A DNA stretch of 64,000 bases from contig JAYTWR010000074.1 in assembly GCA_043743335.1 (NCBI GenBank), positions 3,413 through 67,412 of the forward strand, in the 5' to 3' direction. The notes beneath the pieces are model-generated. The model made no database searches, had not been told where the DNA came from, and saw only the letters and a program-made list of their open reading frames with translations. The translations under genes were made by a program, and so were the position numbers. This document shows positions 57,649 through 64,000 of this stretch, one piece after another; within the stretch, counting starts at the first letter, position 1; each line of letters begins with the position of its first letter. The stretch is from Burkholderiales bacterium (GTDB taxonomy: Bacteria > Pseudomonadota > Gammaproteobacteria > Burkholderiales > SG8-41).

Positions 57649-58815
57649 GTGAGTCCACTACCGGAGCTTGCCGCCTACGTGACGCTGTACCTGCTGGTGT
57701 TAATGGCCATTCTGACGCACCTCGGATTCGCCGGTAGCCGTTTGGCGGTGCCGCTGTTCGCCGTCGATCAAGGTGCCAATCCGTTTGTGGTGGGCACCAT
57801 CGTCGCGCTGTATGCCGCGCTGCCCGCGGTGCTGGCGGTGCCGATGGGGCGCTTGGCGGATCGCGTGGGTTACAAAATCCCGCTGCTGTGCGGTGTCAGC
57901 GGCATTTTTATCGCACTGCTGCTGCCGTGGCTGTGGCCGGCGATGACCACGCTGTATGTGGTGGCGACGGTGATTGGCATGTCGTTCATGACTTTTCAGT
58001 TGTCGATTCAAACGCTCGCGGGTGCCATTGCCGGGCCCGAAGCGCGTGCGCGTAATTTCAGCGTGCTGAGTTTGGGTTACGCGTCAGCCAATTTCACCGG
58101 CCCGTTGATCACCGGCTTGTTGATCGACAACGTGGGCTACGCGCGCACTTTCGGGTTGTTGGCGCTGCCGGTGATACCCGCCATTGTGATGGCGGCGATG
58201 GGCGGGCGCTGGATTCCCAACGTCCACCGCAAATCAGCGGCCACCAACAGCGGCGTGATGGATCTGTTAAAAATCAAAGGCTTGCGTAACACCCTCATCG
58301 CCAGCGGCATCGTCTCATCCGCGTGGGACGTCTACCAATTTTTCATGCCGATTTATGGTCGCTCGCTCGGCATGTCGGCCACCGCCATCGGCTTGGTACT
58401 GAGTGCATTCGCTATCGCCATCATCCTCGTGCGCGCTATCTTGCCGTTTTTCGTGCGACGCATCGGCGAAACGCAAACGCTGACCTACGCCATGTTCGTC
58501 GCGTGCGCGGCGTTTTGCTTGTTTCCGCTATTCAGCAGCGCGTGGCCGCTGGCGGCGGTGTCGTTCTTGCTGGGCGTAGGCGCAGGCGTGGGCCAGCCGC
58601 TGTCGATGACACTCGTCTTCAACGCCTCACCCAAAGGCCGTGAAGGCGAAGCGGCGGGCATGCGCATTACCGTCAATCAAGTCGCGCACTTTGTGATTCC
58701 GTTGTTCTTCGGCGCAGTGGGTTCAGCGGCCGGGTACGCGTCAGTGTTTTTGCTCAATGCGAGTTTCTTGGCAGCGGGCGGGGTGATTAGCAAACGGTTT
58801 TTGGGAAAGGTGTAG
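57649..58815 (+). CDS. MFS transporter
   Basis: GRLADRVG motif A; 12-TM pattern; GTG start inferred. Confidence 0.9.
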   Translation: MSPLPELAAYVTLYLLVLMAILTHLGFAGSRLAVPLFAVDQGANPFVVGTIVALYAALPAVLAVPMGRLADRVGYKIPLLCGVSGIFIALLLPWLWPAMTTLYVVATVIGMSFMTFQLSIQTLAGAIAGPEARARNFSVLSLGYASANFTGPLITGLLIDNVGYARTFGLLALPVIPAIVMAAMGGRWIPNVHRKSAATNSGVMDLLKIKGLRNTLIASGIVSSAWDVYQFFMPIYGRSLGMSATAIGLVLSAFAIAIILVRAILPFFVRRIGETQTLTYAMFVACAAFCLFPLFSSAWPLAAVSFLLGVGAGVGQPLSMTLVFNASPKGREGEAAGMRITVNQVAHFVIPLFFGAVGSAAGYASVFLLNASFLAAGGVISKRFLGKV

Positions 58816-58846
58816 AGAATCATCGCTAATCGGCGTAAGCGTAGGC

Positions 58847-59200
58847 TTGATTCTGGCCATTGATTCGCCATCGCTCGCGCATGACTGCGCCACGGCCGTG
58901 CATGAAGTCTGCCGCTTGCACAACGCCAGAAAGTCCAGCGCGTCGGCCAAGCGCTGGTTTCGTATTGGCATGGCTACCGGCGTAGTGGTGTCTGATCCTT
59001 CCGGCGGCGCAAAAAATATGGCGGGCTTTGCGATTACCCGTGCTGTGCGTTTAGAAAGCCAGAGCGGCATCGGGGAAATCTTAATTGATACGTCGACTTA
59101 CGACGCCTTGTCCAGTGCGCAAAAAGCGCGCTATGGTGCGCAGGAGCAAATTACCGGCAAGCGTAATGAAATGTTCCCAGCGCGGCGTTGCATTGTAGTG
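58847..59200 (+). pseudogene. C-terminal half of a class III nucleotidyl cyclase domain
   Basis: FRIGMATG..G.AITRAVRLES..GEILI..TY..GK; the N-terminal metal-binding part is absent. Confidence 0.6.
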
Positions 59201-59299
59201 GCCGACTTGAGCATAGCGACCGTGCTCTTGCGCGGCTATCCTGGCTGCGCTACTATGGCTTACTTTTGTCTTACCAAATATTTCATCGAGGGCTCGGAC

Positions 59300-59560
59300 A
59301 TGGAAACCACCAAGCTATCCAGCAAAGGGCAGGTGATTTTGCCGGCCGCCTTACGCGCAGCGAAGGAGTGGCACGCCGGGGTGGAGTTCGCGGTGGAAGC
59401 CACCGCGGATGGGGTGCTGCTGCGGCCCTTTAAACCCGGCGCGGCTACCACGCTCGACGAGGTCGTTGGGTGCGCCGGTTACACCGGCAAGGCGCACAGT
59501 GTCGCGGACATGGATGCGGCGATTAGCGCTGAAATAAAGTCACGCCATGCACGCGGTTGA
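59300..59560 (+). CDS. AbrB/MazE-type antitoxin (VapB)
   Basis: METTKLSSKGQVILP; overlaps the downstream PIN toxin gene. Confidence 0.9.
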   Translation: METTKLSSKGQVILPAALRAAKEWHAGVEFAVEATADGVLLRPFKPGAATTLDEVVGCAGYTGKAHSVADMDAAISAEIKSRHARG

Positions 59561-59936
59561 CACCAATGTGCTGGTGCGTTTGCTCACCGGCGACGATGCG
59601 GAGCAAACGCGCCGCGCTGCGGCGCTGTTCAAAAAAGACGCCATTTTTATCGCTAAAACGGTGCTGCTGGAAACGGAGTGGGTATTGCGGCGGCTTTATG
59701 GACTGGAGCGTGACGCGGTGGTAGGGGCATTGCGCAAAGTGTCGGGCTTGCCCAATGTGGAAATTGAACATCCGTTGGCGGTAACGCGTGCGTTGCAGTG
59801 GTGCGAGGCGGGGATGGATTTTGCCGACGCGCTGCATTTGGCGTCGAGCAGGACAGGGGCAAGATTTGCCACGTTTGACGCGGGCCTTAAAAAGACCGCG
59901 CCGAGGGAGATCAAGGCGGTGGTGGTGTTGCTTTAG
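59547..59936 (+). CDS. vapC: PIN-domain toxin VapC
   Basis: VDTNVLVR; E..WVL; DFADALH; TFD. Confidence 0.9.
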   Translation: MHAVDTNVLVRLLTGDDAEQTRRAAALFKKDAIFIAKTVLLETEWVLRRLYGLERDAVVGALRKVSGLPNVEIEHPLAVTRALQWCEAGMDFADALHLASSRTGARFATFDAGLKKTAPREIKAVVVLL

Positions 59937-60007
59937 GGCGCGCCCCGCTGACCATAGCTTGTGGCGTCCCGTAGCGTCCGCGCTTTGGCTTGGTTGACGG
60001 ATTAAGG

Positions 60008-61018
60008 CTATCGAATCCGCACTGTTGTCGCGGAAGCTGCCGATTCGAGTATTGCCTCCAGCGCCGTCACGTTGTGTTCTTCATCACCGCCCGCCACGGC
60101 TAGCGGGCGTTTTTCGCGCACGGCATCAGCAAAGTTTTCGAGTTCGGCGCGCTCGGTGCTGGTGTCGGGGAAGCTGACGGTTTGCGGCTGCGGGTGCAGG
60201 TAGGGGTTGGCGGGGTCGAAGAAGCAGGTGCGCAGGTGCCAGGTGGTTAGGTGTTGCACGTCGCCCACTTCGGCCCAGCCGTGCGTGCCACACACCTGCA
60301 AGCGCCAGCTTTCGGCGGTGGCGATGACGGTGCCGAGATAGGCGGTGGCACCGCTCCTGAATTTAAATAACATGGAGGTGGTGTCGTCGGTGCCGTAGTC
60401 GAGTGCGCGGCGGCTGCTTTGCGCATGCACGGTGTCAATTTTGCCGGCGAGGTAGAGCATGGCGTCTACCACGTGCACGCCGCGCCCGGTCATGCCACCG
60501 CCGGGGCCTTCTTGAGGGTTTTGCCGCCAGTGGTCTTGGGTGACGCGATAGACGCTGGGGCCGTTGAAGTGGCCTTCCATGTGCAGCAGTTTGCCGAGAC
60601 GGCCGCTGTCGATGAGGCGTTTGATTTCTTGTAGTGCGGGTTGAAAGCGCCAGTTGTAGCCGACGCTGAGCGTGACGTTGGCTTCGGCGCAGGCGCGTAA
60701 CGCGGCCTTGGCGGATTCGGTGGTGAGGGTGAACGGTTTTTCGGTGAACACCGGTTTGCCGGCCTTGGCGCAGGCGATGATTTGCTCGGCGTGTGCCGTG
60801 TGCGGCGTGGCGAGGATGATGGCTTCGACGGTGGGATCGGCGAGCGCTTTTGCGAGGCTATCGACCAGCGGAAATCCCTTCGCCGCGGCGTACTCGCGTG
60901 CGTTTTCGGGGTGGCGTAACACGCCCATCACCACGCGTATTTTGTCGCTTTTACCTTGGATGTGATTAACAAGGTTTTGTCCCCAGCGGCCGAGGCCGAC
61001 GATGGCTGCATTTAGCAT
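60008..61018 (-). CDS. Gfo/Idh/MocA oxidoreductase
   Basis: VGLGRWG; ATPH; EKP; GYNWRF. Confidence 0.92.
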   Translation of the reverse strand: MLNAAIVGLGRWGQNLVNHIQGKSDKIRVVMGVLRHPENAREYAAAKGFPLVDSLAKALADPTVEAIILATPHTAHAEQIIACAKAGKPVFTEKPFTLTTESAKAALRACAEANVTLSVGYNWRFQPALQEIKRLIDSGRLGKLLHMEGHFNGPSVYRVTQDHWRQNPQEGPGGGMTGRGVHVVDAMLYLAGKIDTVHAQSSRRALDYGTDDTTSMLFKFRSGATAYLGTVIATAESWRLQVCGTHGWAEVGDVQHLTTWHLRTCFFDPANPYLHPQPQTVSFPDTSTERAELENFADAVREKRPLAVAGGDEEHNVTALEAILESAASATTVRIR

Positions 61019-61061
61019 TGTTTTCCTAACTAATTGATTTTATTGAATATTTTAATAGGCG

Positions 61062-62078
61062 CTAATCTACTTTAGCACCAGAGTCGAGCACGATTTTGCG
61101 CCAGCGCGGCACTTCGCTTTGTATCAATGCAGCGAATTCCTGCGGTGTGCTGGATAACAAATCAACACCTTGCGTGACAAAGCGCTCGCGCAGGTCGGGC
61201 AGTTTGACGATGGCGGTGATTTCACTGTGCAGCAATGTTTTTAATGCAGGCGGTAAATTCGCCGGACCTAACGCGCCGTACCACGGCGTGACATCAAACC
61301 CGGCAAGGCCCGACTCCGCCACTGTGGGCAACTCAGGCGCTTGCGGTGAGCGTTTCGACGTGGAAATCGCCAGCGCACGTAACCGGCCGCTGCGCACGTG
61401 CGGCATTGAGGTCAGCAAATTGCTGAACATTATTTGCACGCGCCCGCCGATGAGCTCTGTCAGTGATTGCGCATTGCCCTTGTACGGCACATGCACAATG
61501 CTGGCCTTGGCCATGTTCTTGAACACCTCTGCGGTGAGATGCGTAGGGCCGCCATTGCCCGCCGAGCCAAAATTTAACTCACCAGGCCGCTTGTGCGCCA
61601 GTGTAATTAGTTCCTTAACGTTGTTGGCTGGCACAGCGGGGTACACCAGCAAGGCCAACGGTAACGTGGCGAGTAGCGTGAGTGGCGTGAAATCACGCAC
61701 CGGGTCGTAGGGCACATTTTTGTACAGCGCAAGGTTGATAGCATGCGTGCCGACATGGCCGATCATCAACGTGTAGCCATCAGCAGGCGCGCGCGCGACA
61801 ATTTCTGCACCGATGTTGCCGCCCGCGCCACCGCGGTTATCGACCACGAATTGCTGGCCCAAACGCTGGCCGAGCTTGTCACCGATAGCGCGCGACATAA
61901 TGTCAGTCGGGCCGCCAGGTGCAAACGGTACTACCCAGCGCACGGGGCGGTTGGGGTAGGGTTGTTGCGCGTGGACTGCGGTGATTGCTGAGGAAACCGC
62001 CGCGAGCATCAACACGCTTGGCAACCGGGCATGAACAAATCCTGCGCCACAATGCTGCTGTGTTGTCACATTGACCAC
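61062..62078 (-). CDS. Bug/TctC solute-binding protein
   Basis: YPNRPVRWVVPFAPGGPTD; DGYTL; HVPYKG; start uncertain. Confidence 0.93.
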   Translation of the reverse strand: MVNVTTQQHCGAGFVHARLPSVLMLAAVSSAITAVHAQQPYPNRPVRWVVPFAPGGPTDIMSRAIGDKLGQRLGQQFVVDNRGGAGGNIGAEIVARAPADGYTLMIGHVGTHAINLALYKNVPYDPVRDFTPLTLLATLPLALLVYPAVPANNVKELITLAHKRPGELNFGSAGNGGPTHLTAEVFKNMAKASIVHVPYKGNAQSLTELIGGRVQIMFSNLLTSMPHVRSGRLRALAISTSKRSPQAPELPTVAESGLAGFDVTPWYGALGPANLPPALKTLLHSEITAIVKLPDLRERFVTQGVDLLSSTPQEFAALIQSEVPRWRKIVLDSGAKVD

Positions 62079-62090
62079 GCGTCGTGGAGG

Positions 62091-62480
62091 TTAAACTTCG
62101 ATCAGGCGCTTGGGCAAATGCTTTGCTGCCCGTTCCAGAATCGCGGCGTCGCGCGTCAGCAAGGCCAAGCCCTCTGATTTTGCCGTACCCACCAACATGC
62201 GGTCGAAAGGATCGTCGTGCATATCGTTGAGGGCGAATCCCGCTTCAATGTGTGCGCCAGACAAAGGCAGCAGGGTAAATCCTTCACTGGCGATGGCCTC
62301 TGTAATGGAGCCGTCGGGCAATTTGAGTTGATTGGCGTCGTGCTTGTTGAGCATTTCCCAAACCGACAACACGCTGACAACACAATCTTCGCGCTCGATA
62401 ATTTTCCGCGTCGCGCGGCTTAACTTCTTGCTGTTTTGCAGCCACCAAAGAACCACATGCGTATCGAGCAGGTACTTCAT
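62091..62480 (-). CDS. vapC: PIN-domain toxin VapC
   Basis: LLDTHVVLW; SVWE; HDDPFDRML; TRD. Confidence 0.92.
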   Translation of the reverse strand: MKYLLDTHVVLWWLQNSKKLSRATRKIIEREDCVVSVLSVWEMLNKHDANQLKLPDGSITEAIASEGFTLLPLSGAHIEAGFALNDMHDDPFDRMLVGTAKSEGLALLTRDAAILERAAKHLPKRLIEV

Positions 62481-62794
62481 TTCTTGCGACTAGCGCTATT
62501 TTTGATGCTGCTACTGGCTTTGCGAGAGCGTGCCTGCTTTGCAACGTGAGCAAAAATATTGCTCGCATCTAACGCGCGCCTCAGGCTTAAGTTAGCTGTG
62601 TTGAAATCATCGTAGCCATCCGGTTGAACGATGTGCGCCCACGCCCCTGGCTTACGCAGTACCTTCGGCGCGGCATATTTTACGATGCGTGCCACCGGGG
62701 TACCGCGATTGGCAATGACCACGTCTTCGCCGAGGCTAACGGCCTCAAGCAGCTTGGAAAATCTGGTTTTTGCCTCAAGCACATTGACTTGCAT
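62477..62794 (-). CDS. Phd/YefM-family antitoxin
   Basis: MQVNVLEAKTRFSKLL..GEDVVI..G.PVA; 4-bp overlap with vapC. Confidence 0.9.
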   Translation of the reverse strand: MQVNVLEAKTRFSKLLEAVSLGEDVVIANRGTPVARIVKYAAPKVLRKPGAWAHIVQPDGYDDFNTANLSLRRALDASNIFAHVAKQARSRKASSSIKNSASRKK

Positions 62795-62818
62795 GATGTA
62801 ATTTTCGGCCACTTGATA

Positions 62819-62863
62819 TGACTAACTTGGTCAGATCATAGCGTGAAATGTATGGTGAGACAA
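62819..62863 (-). promoter_or_regulatory. Sigma70 promoter and probable autoregulatory operator of the phd-vapC module
   Basis: TTGTCT-17 bp-TATGAT on the minus strand (62863-62835), followed by imperfect palindrome TGACtaacttgGTCA (62819-62833). Confidence 0.6.
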
Positions 62864-62914
62864 TAGAGAATGCACGCTTGAATCGGACTCACAGCGTCAC
62901 TGTTCACGTTAACC

Positions 62915-63029
62915 ATAGAACGCCGGTGACGCAGGAACCGCATCGGCCATGGCGCTTAAAACGTGATAGAGCCTTGCGTAAGCGCGTCACAGGAACGATG
63001 CGGTTCGCTACACTCACCGGCACACTACG
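62915..63029. repeat. Inverted pair of GTAG-type REP-like elements (REPIN-like)
   Basis: Degenerate + copy (GCCGGTGA..GAACCGCATCG) facing a - copy nearly identical to 45524-45566. Confidence 0.6.
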
Positions 63030-63066
63030 ACGAAACCGAATCGCTACCCCGCAGCAGGGTTTTGAA

Positions 63067-64000
63067 TCACTCGGCCACCGCTCCTGACCATGGCGACATG
63101 ACATCGGTCATACCCTGATGTTCGCCATCTGCCGTTTGATACACGCTGCTGGGGCAGGCGAAGTTGGTGGGATAGACCGCCAATTCGGTTTCTTGCAGCG
63201 GATAGGCTTTGCCCATGGCGTCTTTAATGGCTTGCGGCATGCGCGGGTCTATGCCCACAAAGTCGCCGCCACTGGCATCGATGCGTGGGTGATGAAAGGC
63301 GTCTTCCAGACTCAGGCCGTGGTCGATCATGAATGAGGTGAGTTGCAACACGGCGGGGAATATTTTGCGTCCGCCCGATGCGCCGACGGCGAACCATGCC
63401 TTGCCGTTTTTGTGCGCAATCACCGGGCACATATTGGTGAGCGGGCGCTTGTTGGGTGCCAGCGAATTGGGCGTGCCGGGGCGTGGGTCGAACCAGAAGA
63501 TGCCGTTGTTCATCAGGATGCCGGTCTCCGGCAACACCACACGCGACCCGTATACCGACAGCAGGGTTTGCGTATGCGCCACCATATTGCCTTCGGCATC
63601 CACCACGTTAAAGTGAGAGGTGCAGGAGGGTGAGCGCTGATCGCCTTGATGCGTGTTGTCGCCCATGGAGGTTAGCCTGTCGGCAAACGCGTCGCGCAGC
63701 ACCTTGGCGTAGTTGAAGAAGGCATCCGCATCGGGCTTGCCCGGCTTGAAGTTGGTGCCGCGCAGGTTGTCGATGGTGCGCAGCATCGACGGCCCGGCAG
63801 TGAGATTGGGGGCGAGGGCCAGGTGCGCGCCGTGATACTCGGTGTTGATCGGATCAACAATGCGCGCGTGATAACGCTTGAGGTCGTCGGCGGAGAGTAT
63901 GCCGCCCAACGCCTTGATATCGCGCGCGATGCTTTGTGCGATTTCACCTTCGTAGTAATCGCGCGGGCCTGCGTCGGCGAGACGCTTCATGGTGTTGGCC
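63067..64000 (-). CDS. ggt: Gamma-glutamyltransferase family protein (5' truncated by the window edge)
   Basis: TSHFNVVD autocleavage Thr; TGILMNN; PNKRPL; GASGG; PR. Confidence 0.9.
   Translation of the reverse strand, partial: ANTMKRLADAGPRDYYEGEIAQSIARDIKALGGILSADDLKRYHARIVDPINTEYHGAHLALAPNLTAGPSMLRTIDNLRGTNFKPGKPDADAFFNYAKVLRDAFADRLTSMGDNTHQGDQRSPSCTSHFNVVDAEGNMVAHTQTLLSVYGSRVVLPETGILMNNGIFWFDPRPGTPNSLAPNKRPLTNMCPVIAHKNGKAWFAVGASGGRKIFPAVLQLTSFMIDHGLSLEDAFHHPRIDASGGDFVGIDPRMPQAIKDAMGKAYPLQETELAVYPTNFACPSSVYQTADGEHQGMTDVMSPWSGAVAE

Noticed and set aside
4185-61046. Dispersed 20-bp motif as a CRISPR repeat, attC site or dif site
   Set aside because: Copies are kilobases apart in both orientations, non-palindromic, lack XerC/XerD arms, and there are no cas or integron integrase genes

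Overview
Betaproteobacterial-type chromosomal window. Bases ~4.2-36.7 kb carry an exosortase B (XrtB/PEP-CTERM)-associated, Wzx/Wzy-dependent exopolysaccharide locus: epsA, a CAAX protease-like gene, epsL, epsD, epsE, epsF, epsG, xrtB, a wzy-like gene and wzx, plus many glycosyltransferases and tailoring enzymes. It lacks epsI, an initiating phosphoglycosyl transferase and any PEP-CTERM substrate. Left flank: partial TpsB, tRNA-Pro(GGG), a Tat amidohydrolase, a PilZ protein and an SDR. Right part: MFS/TauE transporters, pgeF-rluD/bamD, copZ-copA, a lone pilU, three intact and three broken Bug (TctC) genes, catabolic enzymes, two VapC toxin-antitoxin modules and a partial ggt. Main signals not explained by the gene list: (1) a ~20-bp AT-rich motif CAATAAAATCAATTAGTTAC (IHF consensus core) repeated about 10 times in both orientations; (2) candidate second-messenger inputs on the EPS system (MshEN-like tandem motif on EpsG, two CRP boxes before epsA, a STAS domain fused to the WecG-type transferase, a nearby PilZ protein); (3) an unannotated 46-aa membrane protein; (4) a nucleotidyl-cyclase fragment in frame with an AbrB antitoxin; (5) frequent short tandem duplications at gene ends and REP/BoxC-like repeats. 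No CRISPR, integrase or transposase was seen. All calls come from reading motifs by eye; no database searches were run.
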